This document shows positions 42,883-56,858 of a DNA stretch of 64,000 nucleotides, one piece after another. The DNA is taken from the NCBI RefSeq assembly GCF_009914755.1, contig NC_060927.1. One strand, written 5' to 3'. Position numbers and translations under genes: made by a program. Under the pieces are notes generated by a model that did not search any database, was not told the DNA's origin, and worked only from the letters and a program-made list of their open reading frames with translations. The stretch is from the human T2T-CHM13v2.0 reference genome, Homo sapiens. Every line of letters begins with the position of its first letter. Position 1 is the first letter of the stretch.

Positions 42883-44253
42883 GGAACAAACTGCTGATAT
42901 ATGCAATAGCATGGATGGATTTTAAAAGTAAGTGAAAGAAGCCAGTCACAAAAAGCTACAATACTGTATGGTTCCATTTAGATGACATTCTAGAAAAGAC
43001 AAAACTATAGGAACTGAAATCAGATCATTGAGTACCAGGGTCTAGTGGTCTAGGAGACAACTGACTGCACAGCTCATCAAACTGTATGCTTAAAAAGAGT
43101 GAATTTTAATGTATAGAAATTATGCCTTAATAACCCAGACAAAAAATCTAAAATACAATGCTACAACATACTAAAATAAATAAGAAAATAACAGTGGAAT
43201 CTTAAAATTCATTACCACTGCCAAAGAAAGCAGTGCTTGCATCTGCAAGTTGGTAGCCCATCACTCACACAGCACAGTGGGGTACAGTAATAAATGCCAA
43301 GGTGAATAACTTCGTATTACTTTTTCAAAATTATTTTTGCTATCCAGGTTCTATGATTTTTCATTTAAATTTTGGAATCTATCAATTTCTTAAAAAATAA
43401 ACGGGATTTTTATTGGAATTGCATTGAAACTAGAGACCACTTTGGGAAGAACTGACGTCTTTACAGTATTGTCTAAACTATCAACATGATGTAGCTTCTC
43501 ATTTATTTAAGTCTTCCTTAATTTCCCTTAGCAATGTTTTATAGTTTTTAGCATTGAAATCTAATAGCATTATATATTAATAACTAAAAAAATAGAATGA
43601 GATTCTACTCACATGCAATCCCAATGAAGACCAGTTTGCTTATCATTTAGTTATGTGTTCAGATTTCAAAGCTTAACATCTTTCCTTAAAGTAACTACAG
43701 GTTGTTGTTATTAATTGTTTGAAGGATACAAACCAACTGCTAATCATTGACAGTCTTTCTTAAAAAATGATAAAAGTGGAAGTGCTCTTAATCTTATTAA
43801 TAAATACTTATTATCTCTTTTCTACCTGATAAAGAAAACTTTCTTTGATTCCTTAGACTTCAAAATTTTTGTTTTCCTCAGAAAATACGTGTATAAAATA
43901 CCAAATAAATTGAGGGTATAGATCCTGGGAGTAAACCAACTGGGTCTAGTTATTCAGATTACACTAAGAAACTAATAATAGTATCAGGGATAATCACTGC
44001 TCTGAATTCCTCATTTATAAGTTAATGTATTAGTTTTCTGGCATCACGGCCCCATTCATAAACAAGCTGTGTTTCTGGAGGATATACTTAGAAGAATTTC
44101 CCATTACAGTGCTTCTCTTCATTTGATAATTTCACATTGTTTTTTCCTATTCTGCTCTCCCTGCCCCCAGACTGAAATAAATACTTCAGATATGCAACAC
44201 ATAAATTAGGAAAATTTTTATATACTAGTTGATGCTTTAAAAATAACCATCTT

Positions 44254-44578
<325 letters not shown>

Positions 44579-44793
44579 TTATAGTAATAAAAGAGGCAAA
44601 ACAGCAGGTTTGTGTAGGAGGTAAATGTATACTTAAAAAAAAAACAAAAAACAAAAACTACTATCCCAGCCAATCCAATATGTGACACAGTAAGTTCCTT
44701 TTTCTTCATCCTGCTACCAAGAATCTGGAAAATTATCTCTCTCTCCCTCTCTCTCCCCACTAGAAAGGTTATTTAATTCATCCTTCAATTTTA

Positions 44794-45196
<403 letters not shown>

Positions 45197-45355
45197 TCAT
45201 TCAGAAATTGAATTAATTCTGTGAGGTAATTCAGCTTCTCATTTTAAAATTCATTTCCTCCAATTTTATTTCAACGGAAAAAGCAATCACAATATTTTCT
45301 GTGTTTGCTTGAATGCAGATGTTTTCTTCTCCCATCCACCCCCGCTGACCCCAGT

Positions 45356-45512
45356 GACAGAGTCTCACAATATTTTCCAGGCTGGAAGTACAGTGGCTAT
45401 TAACAGGTGCCATCATAGCACACTACAGCCTCCAACTCCTGGGCTAAAGAGAACCTCCTACCTCAGCCTCCCAAGTAGCTGGGACTACAGGAGTGTGCTA
45501 CCACACCCAGCC
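45356..45512 (-). mobile_element. Old Alu monomer (FAM/FRAM-like)
   Basis: CCTCAGCCTCCCAAGTAGCTGGGACTACAGG. Confidence 0.7.
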
Positions 45513-46188
45513 TCTTTCTTTTGAAAAGCTGTAAAACAAGACCAGGCACAAGAAGGAACAGTTCTCTCATTCTCTTTTGTATCCTCACTCTAAGTATGGT
45601 ATTAATGTTGAATGGCACAAAGTTATTGAATAAAAATTTAGCCATTATCCGTTAGTGTAAATATTCTAGGAATGACAACTAGTTTATTAAATACTCTTAA
45701 CAATTGTGTGCTCCAGATCCTATTTTCTCAAACTACATTAAAAGAAAACTTAGATTCCCTACTTCAACCTTCTAATTTAATATACAGGAAAACTAGCATT
45801 TTGAGTAATTTGTCCAAGTGTATATACTGACTGGAGATACTGAATTCAATTGATTTTTCCTATCAGTCAATATATATCCAAAAGCTTTCCATTTTTGAAT
45901 TAGCTTCTCATTGTAGGTTCATCTTGGTCAGCAAACAGAACTTAAGTTCCTACTTTTCTAAATAACTAATTTGTTAAAAACTTTTATGACGAGGGTCAAG
46001 CAGAGACCAGCAAGATGAGCAAGAGTTGGAGGAAAAGGATGGACAGGTAGGTAGTGAACATCATAGGAAAGGGGGAGTTAGCCTCAGAAAGTAACAGCCA
46101 GACCAGAAGGGACCAGAGTGTTTAAAGCACACAGACTGGTGAATTTTATTTCTGTGCCACTTTCTATCCTAATCAATTTGAATATTCA

Positions 46189-46460
46189 GCCAGGCGCAGT
46201 GGCTCATGCCTGTAATCTCAGCACTTTAGGAGGCCAAGGCAGGTGGATCACCTGAGGTCAGGAGTTTGAGACCAGCCTGGCCAACATAGTGAAACATTAG
46301 CTGGGCATGGTGGTGTGCGGCTGTAATCCCAGCTACTCAGGAAGCTGAGGCAGGAGAATAGTTTGAACCTGGGAGGCAGAGGTTGTAGTGAGCCAAAATC
46401 ACGTCACTGCACTCCAGCCTGGTCAACAGAGTGAAACTCCATCTCAAAAAAAAAAAAAAA
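46189..46460 (+). mobile_element. AluS with deleted central linker
   Basis: GTGAAAC joined directly to ATTAGCTGGG. Confidence 0.88.
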
Positions 46461-47041
46461 GTACATATTCAAGGATCCAGAAACCACTTAAGACCATAAG
46501 GGATCTCAGAAAGTATCCAATTCAACTTCATGTTACAGATAAGGAAACTAAAGTTCTCCCATTGCCACACTGTGAATGAGAATCCAAGTCTTTTTCCTTT
46601 TCAGCTGGGAGGCTCTTACCTGCATTATGTTACTATTAATATCAGTTTTTTTGTGAGATGAATTAATCAGATATATGAAGTCTTACTTTCAGCTTGTAAA
46701 TTTTCTTCATAGGTTTCTATACTTAAAAGCTTCATCTCGTTGAAATCTAACCCAATCTTAGTATTAGAATGCTACAGGGACATCATTCAGGCAAAGATGT
46801 TTCATTTATATCTAATCAAATTTTAGCCTTTTAAACTCAATTGTTGATTTTGTTTTTAAAAGGGAGAAGCAAATGACAAAAAAATCAAAACCAGGATTTT
46901 TAATAATAACTTTAGAATACTTCAGAACAAATTTTTATGTATATCCCAGAGCTACTCACCCAGAACACCCGATTCCATGCATCCATGGGCAATCCCACAC
47001 TTGTACATCCAGAGAGCCTTTGTCAAAAAGAGGCTATTCGT

Positions 47042-47179
47042 GGCCCAGTGCTGTGGCTCACGCCTATAATCCCAGCACTTTGGGAGGCCAAGGCAGATGG
47101 ATCACCTGAGATCAGGAGTTCAAGATCAGCCTGAACAACATGGCAAAACCCCATCTCTACTAAAAATACAAAAATTAGC
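47042..47179 (+). mobile_element. Alu left arm only, abutting a minus-strand L1 fragment (about 47180-48450)
   Basis: Ends at TACAAAAATTAGC, followed by T-rich L1-like sequence. Confidence 0.8.
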
Positions 47180-49114
47180 TTTTCTTAATTTGGTCAGAGT
47201 TTTGTCAATTATATTAGTCATTTTAAAGAACCAACATTTGGCTTTCCTTTTTTCTATTATTTAAGATGACAATTTTATTCAATTTCTGCTCTATGCTATT
47301 TTATCCTACCTTTTAAAAGTTTATGGTGTTTTCCTTTTACTAAGTTCCCAATTTGTATCATTCACAAATTAATAATTTCCATCCTTTCTTTTATAATGTA
47401 AACATGTAAGATTATAAATTTTAAAGTGTTATTTAAGCTGCATTTCACACATTTTAAAATGCAGTTTTTCTATTGTTCAGTTTTTAATATTTTGTTTTCC
47501 ATTATGGTTTCCTTTTTATCATGAGTTGAAAGTACATTTCTTAATTTCCAATTTTTTTCTTGTTTTTTGTTGTTTACTTTTTGTTATTAATTTCTAGTCA
47601 TTTACTGTTAGAGAAGGCTGTTCGATACCAGTTGTTTGAAATTTGTTGGAATTTGCTTCATGGTGCATGGCAAGTTCTGAAATTGTTCCATACGAGCTCA
47701 AAATAATGTGCCCTTGGTTCTGTTCTACATATGTGTGTTAGGTAAATCTAGCTAATTGTGCGGTTCAACACTTCTATATTTTTAATGTTTTCTCTTTTAA
47801 ATCTGTCAATACTGAGAGAAACATGTTAAAACCTCCCCTTATGATGGTAAACTTGTCCATTTCTATTTATACTATATCAGATTTAGTTATATATTTTGAA
47901 GGATGTTATTAGCTGTGTGCAAATTTAGAATTGTTATATCTCCTTGTAACTCTCTTCATCTTGAGTAATGCCTTGAAGTATTTTTTTTCTGGTATTAATA
48001 AAACCATACCATTTTTATTTTGGTTAATGTTTGCCTGGTATACTGTATTTATCTTTTTCTATCCCTTTCCTCTCAACTTTTCCGTGTCCTCATGTTTTAG
48101 ATGTCTCTTTCAAATAGCACATAGCTGTATTTCTTTTTCTAAGCCAGTCTGACCATTTTGACGTATAACTTTCAGGACTTAGTTTAGGTGTTTACTGAAA
48201 TTATTGATATGTTTGTATTTTTACCTTATTTTGTTGTATTTTTCCTGGTTTCACTTTCTTTAATTTCTTCTTTTTTTTCCTCTGCTGGTTTTAAATGTTG
48301 ATGCTCTATTTATATTATTTATGCTCTATTTATATTATTATTTTATTATATTACCCTAGAAAAATTAATGTAAATACTTAAATTATCAAAGTCCTAAGTT
48401 AATATTTTTATCTTTCTCTCTCTCAATACGAGGTCTTTAGAATACTTAGGTCAAATCTTTTTAAAAAACATTTGCTTGCTAATTGAATTTAATTGCAAAT
48501 TTTTTGTTTCCATTTATATAAAAAATATAAATTTGTTTGCTTGAATCCATGAACTCAAGCAAAAGGTGTTTCTGATTAATATTACTTAACTCACGTTAGA
48601 ACTTTCTCATTAGTGCCTGTTTAATTACAGGGCTTTTCTTTAAGGGAGTTTTTTTTGTCATTAGTTGATACCATTTAAATAGTCCAGAAGTAAATGGGAG
48701 CCTGGTAGCAGTAGTCTATTAATACATGAAAGAAAAGAAGGTAAATGTCTTCCAATTAAGGTTAACTTGGAAGTAAATTACAGAATTTAAGACTTGGGAA
48801 CTTGGGAAAAATCTTAAATGTTCATTTACAGGAATTCAAAGGATGAAAATCAAGCTAGCAAGATGCTCTGAAACAGTGAGATTTATTTATAATTTTGAAA
48901 TGTTTTGTGATATGTTAGTATGGTCACCTATTCATTCTTCATGTGTATTTGATTCCCCAAGTATAAATACTTAAAAACAAAAACAAAACCTTATCAACTA
49001 TTCTTGAAAAATAAACAATTCCTAAAAGAGAAAATAGTATGGGATCCCAGAAGTTATGTAGTCTAACTCCCTCAAATTATAACTAAGGAAACTAAACCTC
49101 AGTCAAAATAAAGG

Positions 49115-49535
49115 TGTCTTAGTCCGTTCTGTGCTGCTATAACAGAATATCTGAGACTGGGTAATTCATAAAGAACAGATATTTATTTCTTACAGTTCTG
49201 GAGGCTGGGAAGTCCAAAGTCAAGGGCCCACATCTGGTGACGGCCTTCTCACAGCATCATCCCATGGCAGAAGGTGGAAACGCAAGAGAGCACATGAACA
49301 CATCAACACATGTGCATGCCCAAAAGAGAAAGACAAGGATGGAGTGGGGACGCAGGGGGCCAAATTCATCCTTTTACCAAGGACCCATTCTCACGATAAC
49401 TCACTCACTCCCATGATAATGGCATTAATCCATTCGTGAGGGCTCTGCCTCATAAAAGAGCCCACCTCTCAACACTGTTGCATTGAGGATTTACTTTCCA
49501 ACACATAATTTGGAGGATACAGTCAAACCATAGAA
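49115..49535 (-). mobile_element. MaLR LTR (MST-like)
   Basis: TGTCTTAGTCCGTTCTGTGCTGCTATAACAGAATA...CAGTCAAACCATAG; LTR AATAAA at 49182-49187 on -. Confidence 0.8.
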
Positions 49536-51114
49536 AAATGATTGTTTAAAAAGGAAAGAAATTACAAAGTGGTTGTTATTCCAGAAAGAGCAGCTTCACG
49601 ATTCATCTTATCTCTATGTTTTGAATAACTGAAGTAAAAGACAAACCAGTGCCACACACTTTTAACCGTGAATCCCCTAAGCAGTTGTAAAATACTGTGT
49701 CAGAGATGTCAATAGTATGAATAGTTTAGATTACTCTTCTCAGTTTTTACCCCACTGTGACTCAAGCCCCCACTCACCTGAAGAAGTCTTTCCGCTGGTC
49801 ATGCAGAAGCTTGATACCCGCCAGCATGCTGCTTGTAATTCACCAATAGGAGATTCTATTCAGAAAGAAGAAATACTGAAATCTTTAGGATTCCCTCCTA
49901 AGTCCCGGAACATGTATTCTTAAAGGGAAGCAACTTGCTTTGAGAAGGCTGGAATCAATGAGGAGTCCACAGTTACATCCTGTGCTGGGCGCAGCTGGTC
50001 TGCGAAGTTCAGCTGGCTAAGAGAACTTTCTAAAAGCTGACACTGGCCAGGGAAGCCAGTCACCCACTGTCATCAGGGTCTTCTAGTTCATCTACTTCCT
50101 GCTGACGGCTCCTCAGTGGGAAAGTATAGGAGCAGTTTCTGACCTGCCTGTCAGCCCAATTTTGTCGTTTCCTTAGGCTCACCCAGCTGCCGTAACAGAG
50201 GGAACAGAGTTCCTTCTGAACTTCTATTTTGCCACCCTTTAAATGTCTGGTCATCCTAGGGCTGGGAATTATTGTTTTCATCTAAAAGAGTATTTTCCCT
50301 TATTTCCAAAACTTTGCTTCTACCGTGGAAGAGTTTGTGACCCACGTCTTTGTTCATCCCTAATGTTCTTTCAGCCTTCTTTGGATAGGGATGGTTATCC
50401 GCTCTCCCACAGCCCCTGGCTGGTAACCTCCTACAGGGCTGGTTGCTGCACTCATATAGTTGTGCCTTAAGCAGCTCTATGTGAATGAAGGTCCTTTTGC
50501 TGTTCTTCCACTAATGAGTGAAAATAGATTTCTCAAAGGCTCTTAGCTGATACAGCCTGATCCAGTTAACTGGGGATAAACAGGGCAGCAGTGTCAAGCT
50601 CACTTCTAATTTCAAGTTCTGTAAAATGACCAATTATATAGGCTAGTAAATACTAGCCTAAGTACTAATATTTAGTACTTCACTCTTCAAATCAGGATAA
50701 GAGGGCTTTCCTCTGGGGGTAGGGAAGGCTCTTCTAGTGGCAGTGAGGGCAAAGGGTTTGGAATTAGGACTCTTTAGCTTGATTGTTTTGTCTCTTAGGA
50801 GACATGTGCTCTGGCAAGTCACTAAACATACCTGAGCTTCCGTTTCAATTACAAAATGAAACAGTGTGGACTAGATCCCTGAGAGATGTTATTCTAGCAC
50901 TAACATTCTCTGTTTCTGCAGAGAGAAGAATTATAGTCTATTGACATTACTGGATCCATTTAGTCCCTGAAATTCTTGGAATGCTCTTTTAGCAAAGTGT
51001 AAATTGATACAAAGGCAATCTTATGCATAAATCACACTATTCTTATTGCTAAAAGGGAATATTCCTTCTACAATGTCCCACTATCTATAAAAAGAAGTTT
51101 AGTGGTTGTTCTGT

Positions 51115-51577
51115 AATCCTTTAAAAATATTTTATTAAGCATTGATTTAGAAAACGCAAGACAAGATTGTAACACCTCAGGGCAAAGGCTTGAAGGTGAA
51201 ACAAATAACACTATAAATATTGCACTTCTAAAATCTTTTTTTGACATCTTCACACAACTCAATTCTAAAATATCCTTTTACAGAGATGTATAAATAAACG
51301 CTTCCAAGCTGTCAACGCTTGACACTTTTAGCTTCCTATCACCGCACTAAGTCGGCAGGTTTCCAATCAGATAGCTGCTCCTCTGACAGCAGGCAAAGAA
51401 CTTCCCTCAGCTATCTCGGAGGCCTCATACCTCCATCATGTGAAGAGTCAACCAGTCCCATCTTTCGGAATCCTCTTTCAGAATATGTAATTTTATAAGT
51501 ATTTTTTTTTCTACTGAGAGAACATAGATCTTTCAAAGGCAATGGCAGAATACAGCTTAAATGGACACAGTTCACTG
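51115..51577 (-). other. PCOLCE2: PCOLCE2 3' UTR (end approximate)
   Basis: Unique sequence downstream of the PCOLCE2 stop codon, ending near the minus-strand AATAAA at 51131-51136. Confidence 0.75.
51131..51136 (-). promoter_or_regulatory. PCOLCE2 polyadenylation signal
   Basis: TTTATT on + = AATAAA on -, about 440 nt past the stop. Confidence 0.75.
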
Positions 51578-51708
51578 TTAACATTGCTTATTTTTTAAGG
51601 CATCCAGGAGCTTCTGATTCTTGGTCTTGAACATCATGATAAAGCTGTTTGGCATGATTTTGCCTCGCCCATCTTCACCTACTTGGCCCATAATAATGTA
51701 ATTTAGAC
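51578..51708 (-). CDS. PCOLCE2: PCOLCE2 terminal coding exon 9 (end of NTR domain)
   Basis: rc ctttag|GTCTAAAT...; (G)LNYIIMGQVGEDGRGKIMPNSFIMMFKTKNQKLLDALKNKQC*; missed by the ORF track. Confidence 0.96.
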
Positions 51709-51859
51709 CTAAAGAAAGAGAATACAGAAATTAATCTTTTTCTCTATGTATCATGTGTGAAACAACTTAGACTGTAAGTTACCTCTAGATAAATGTTCTC
51801 TTCTGCAAATGGTAAGATTATACATGTATTCCATCCACGATAAAATCTGGGTTTCTTGT

Positions 51860-51986
51860 TTTTGCTTTTTAGAGATGGGGGTCTTGCCATGTTCCCCAGG
51901 CTGGTCTTAAACTACTGAACTTAAGCGATTCTCCTGCCTCAGACTCCAAAGTAGCTGGGACTACAGGCACACGCCATTGTGCCTGG
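51860..51986 (-). mobile_element. Alu monomer (FLAM-like)
   Basis: Monomer with TSD GATAAAATCTG. Confidence 0.75.
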
Positions 51987-52884
51987 ATGATAAAATCTGT
52001 TTTAAGACTCTCATCGGCAAAAAGCCAAATTCAACTAGTAAGGTATTTCAGCTACGCTAACACCAGGAAGCTGGACTGAGTGGTTAGATCAGCCATGTCC
52101 CGCTCTGCAGTGCTGTAGGTCTGTTGTGGTTTCAAATGCCTGCTATGAAGAATGCACCGCGTTAACGTGAAAGACTCTCCTTCCTCGAGGGGCCTCCAGG
52201 GCTCCATGATGGGCCATCCTCAGATGGCTTCTCAGTCCCATCATGTGTCTGGATTTTCCTGGCATTTGGCAACCAATGATCCACTCTCTTATGTTGCTGT
52301 TGTCTTGAACTTTAATCAACATCTCAAACATGTATGCTACGCAAGCTTCTTGAGGGCATAGATGGATCATATACTACTTGCATTTGTACAGTTTCTTGCA
52401 AAACATCGGTGTCAAGAGTACTTATATTGGTTATACTATGTTTTTATACATTGGTGTGACTGGCTAAGTTAGGCCTAGACTGGGGCCTGAGGTGTTGGGT
52501 AACTCTGAATATTTATATTACCTCAGAAATAAATCAGAAAAAAAGGTATGGGTTAATTCCTCCTTTAGTTCCCCTTTCCCCTGGTGTGTCATAGAGAAAA
52601 TGTGTCCTTTTTCTCTTGCATTTTCCTGTGTGGGTGGACCTTGTCATCACAGTGGTCTGTGAGAGCCTGAGAGTCTGGGCAGGTAATGCTGCCTCAAGGC
52701 TGAAGTGCTAGCAGCATTATGAGACCTTATAGAATCTTGAGGTGCAGTATCTGCTGCTCCTGGCAGTTCTGGAAAGAAATGTTTCTCTTTTACAGAGCCT
52801 TTGTGATTCTCTCCAGAGACTCAACATGAGGCTACTAGCCTCCTGACTTTTCTGAACAATCTGAATTCACAGTAAAGCTTGCTT

Positions 52885-53160
52885 TATTTTTAAATTTTTT
52901 TCTTTTTTTAGACAGTCTTGCTCTGCCACCCAGGCTGGAGTGCAGCAGTGTGATCATGACTCACTGCAGACTCGACCTCTTAGGTTCAAGGCATCCTCTT
53001 GCTTCAGCCTCACGAGTAGCTGGGACCACAGGTGCGCACCACCACACCCGGCTAAATTTTTTTATTTTTAGTAGAGCAGAGGTCTCACTATGTTGCCCAG
53101 GCTGGTCTCGAACTCAGGCTGAAGCAATCCTCCCATCTCAGCCTCCTAAAGTGCTGGGAC
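52885..53160 (-). mobile_element. AluJ, 5'-truncated
   Basis: Diverged dimer; TSD CAGTAAAGCTT. Confidence 0.85.
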
Positions 53161-53349
53161 AGTAAAGCTTTCTTGAAGTGGATATTCTGTATCTTTCTCT
53201 CTCTTTCTCTCTCTCTCTCTCTGTGTGTATGTGTGGAAAGATGTTAGAGCTTATGTAGGGGAAAAATTGCAGAACTTGTGTGTGATATGATTCCATAAGT
53301 GTATATGCCCATGCTTTATGTGGATAGAAACTTTCTGGAAGGAACTTAA

Positions 53350-53484
53350 ATTTTTTTTTTTTTTATAGAAATAGGGTCTCACTACATCACCCAGCCTGAT
53401 CTCGAACTTCTGGGCTCAAGCAATCCTCCCACCTCGGCCTCCCAAAGTGCTGGGATTACAGGCATGAGCTACTGTGTCTGGCTG
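53350..53484 (-). mobile_element. Alu monomer (FLAM-like)
   Basis: Monomer with TSD GGAAGGAACTT. Confidence 0.8.
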
Positions 53485-54120
53485 GAAGGAACTTTTTAGA
53501 GTACTTCTAAGGAAAGGAAAAGGGTTTCACTTTTAAACATACTCTTACCTACTTATTTCAACTTTTTAAAAACCATGAAACATATGTTACTTTTATAAGT
53601 TGTTAAATACATATTCTTAAAAAGTCATGTGCCTCTAGCTCTGGAGTAACTTTCCGTTTTTCGTAATTTCTTTCAATAAACTCACTCCCATCCATGGACT
53701 TAATAGTCCTATCTCTGCAAATGATTCCCAGATCTTGATTCTAGCCCGGATATACCTCCCTCTTCTGAACTTCGGGTCTGCATTTCCTGTTGGCTGCTGG
53801 ATATTTTTCTTTAAACCTAGACAGTACTGGCATCTTAAGTGCAATAGTCTAAAATCTCTCCACCCTGCACTGCTCTGTGTGTCTGTTGCCTATTGACTCA
53901 ACTTCAAACGCTTCTTTCACTTGTTCATCATGTCCACTACCCCTTCTTCTGCCACAAGTTACAAGGACTTGGATGAGAGCCCAATTCTGCCTGACTCCAA
54001 AGGCCTTCCTGCTCTGCAAGAAGTGGGCAACATATTAGCCCTGATTTTACTTCCCTAGACCAACCATGGCATGGAAAATCCATGGCTTGCTCAGAGACAC
54101 CCAGTTTTCTCCCTACTCAC

Positions 54121-54288
54121 CTCTTCTGAGGAGAGGGCACTGCTTGCAGACGACAGTCAGCCTGGCACTCATGTTCTTGCCCGCCTGCTGAATCGCCAAA
54201 TTTCCCTCTTTGTAGATGTTGATGATCGAGACTGTGGCGTGCAAACTCCCATCGCGAGTGATGGTTGTGATAACAGTGCCGGCTAATA
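54121..54288 (-). CDS. PCOLCE2: PCOLCE2 coding exon 8 (168 nt, phase 1-1; NTR domain)
   Basis: rc ctgcag|TATTAGCC...AGAAGAG|gtgagt; VLAGTVITTITRDGSLHATVSIINIYKEGNLAIQQAGKNMSARLTVVCKQCPLLRR. Confidence 0.96.
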
Positions 54289-55149
54289 CTGCAGAAGAAA
54301 ACATTTTGAAGTGATGTGACAGTGAAGGCAAATGCAAGCAGAACTGAAAAACAAGTTTACATTCTTCTAAGTTTCAGATACGAAACATTTTAATGTTAAA
54401 GAAAAGGCCCTCATAGAGGTTTCACATTTGCTTCTGTACATTTGTCACCAAAATTCAGGTTGGAGCTGTGATGTTACGCTGGTTGTTGGGGATTGATAAC
54501 TAGAAGAGAAGCCTAAATACTTGCCACACTGCGGTCCATTGCCAAGGTTGAAACTCTTTAAAACGTTTTATCCAACTTGTGGCTTGATTGTCACATAGGG
54601 GATAGTCTGGCTTATGAGGCTCTACCTGTGAATACTCAAAAAGATCTTGTATCTTTAGAGGCAGTACCACGCTAAAAGATTGCGCGATGGGGGTTTGGGC
54701 CACTAAGATGTGAGTCTTTGTGTCGGTGTGGGTGTGTAGCCACCTTTCTGTGTCTCTCCTCACCCTTCTCTGTAGCTGTCCTTTCTTCCTGAACTTTTGT
54801 TCATTCCCTGGGTCCTCACCTCTGTCTAATTATCAGGAAAGCTCTGTCTTCTACGGTCTTTCATATTCTCTTTCTTATCCACTCCGTTTATTTCATTTAA
54901 CAAGCTGAAGTATAGAACTGAGGTATTAACTTAAACTTTTTTTTTTCTTAAAAAAAAACCTCTAGTAAAATTCAGTTGATTTTTTCATTATGTAAACCCC
55001 TGTTTTTTCCATCATGACACTCCGAGAAAAGAGTCTCTCTTTGAAGCCACAGAAGGAAAGATGTTGTCTTTCTCACGGGGGTGCGCCTGGCATTCTGGGG
55101 GCTTGAGCAAGGACAGTTCCTTGTGGTGTAGGACTTGCACTGAATACAG

Positions 55150-55458
<309 letters not shown>

Positions 55459-56774
55459 TGAATACATTTTTTACCAGCCTTGTCCTTCCTAGAAAAATCA
55501 GTAGCAGTTCCTAGTTATTGTGACAACCAAAAAAATGCAGTAATCTAACATCTCTACCACTCCCCAGGGGAGCATTATCAGCCCTGGTTGAGAACCAGTG
55601 ACTGATGATAGTTTTGGTCATTTTGCCATGTAAGCGGTCACATTAATGGAATAAATCAAGTTTTGGACTTGGTTAATCTGACTCCTTCAGAATAAAGTGA
55701 ACACTCACTGCTTAGGCAGTGTGCAATGTTCATAAAATCAGAATTCCTATGATGCTTTACTTTGATCCTGCGTGATAAGTGTTCACTCCAAAATTCAGTC
55801 TATAGTCAAGTGAAATCAGTGGCTCCCAAGACACAGGGAGGGAGACTTCCTGAAGCACCTCCTACAGAAGAGTAAACTGGATGTGGTAGCAATTACATGT
55901 GGCGTTGTTTTCACATTTATGCCAGTTATTTGAATTTCAGCATGTGAACTCTAGTAAGGTTTAGGGTCCCAGAGTCTTCAGTGTCTTCACACCTTCACTA
56001 TGATACAGCTCGTCTGGACTACAGAAGTCACTTCAAGGCACAGAAAAAGCAAGCAGAGCCTCTCTGGGGAAGTTTTGTTTGGGGAAATGTATTTAGGCCA
56101 TAGCAACTTGCTCTTCCTGATCAGATTTGTCTTAAATGTTCCTTTAAAGCCACTGAAAAAATAACCAAGATAAAATGTTGTATCTTTTGCTCTTAAGTAG
56201 CTATCATAGATGGTGCAATCTTTCCACTGGAAAAAGCTCTTAAAAATTCTAAATCATTAAAGAACACCTCCTCAGGTTCCAGTTTGTGAGAGTTTCCAAA
56301 TGGACTCCAGATTTCCAACTTTTACTTCAGTACCTCAGAAAGGCAGTACAGGGGAAATACTTGAATTTCTTCTGAGAGAGACCAGCTTCTGAATATAAGC
56401 TCGGGTATGTTTCTAATTTACTTAAGTTGAGTTATAGATGTGTGAAAAAATACTCTGTATATGAAAAATATATAAGGAAAAAAGTACATAGGTTTTTTGC
56501 AGGAATAGTCAGCCAGAACACACAATGTGGCAGTATCATGTACCAAGAGTCAAATTATTAAGCTTATATGAAAAAAGTATATTTTCTAAATCCATATTTT
56601 TCTCAGTGGTGAAATCTAACAATTTGACCATTCTGGTGTATAGGCAAGTATTTTCTTGGATAAATGAGCAGCGTTATTGACCCTTCACCATAAATTCATA
56701 GGAATTCCTTTGAGATTAAGCATGCAGCCTCAAGTTTCTGGTTAAAGAGAAAAAGACTGGCTTTTATTTCTTAC

Positions 56775-56858
56775 CAAAGTCACTTGAACAATAATTGCCC
56801 TCCAGAGTCCCCGTCCGTCTACACTTTTGTTGACACAAGGCCACGGTGGGTTTTAAAC
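56775..56858 (-). CDS. PCOLCE2: PCOLCE2 coding exon 7 (84 nt, phase 1-1; start of NTR domain)
   Basis: rc attaag|GTTTAAAA...GACTTTG|gtaag; LKPTVALCQQKCRRTGTLEGNYCSSDF; joins exons 6 and 8 in frame. Confidence 0.95.
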
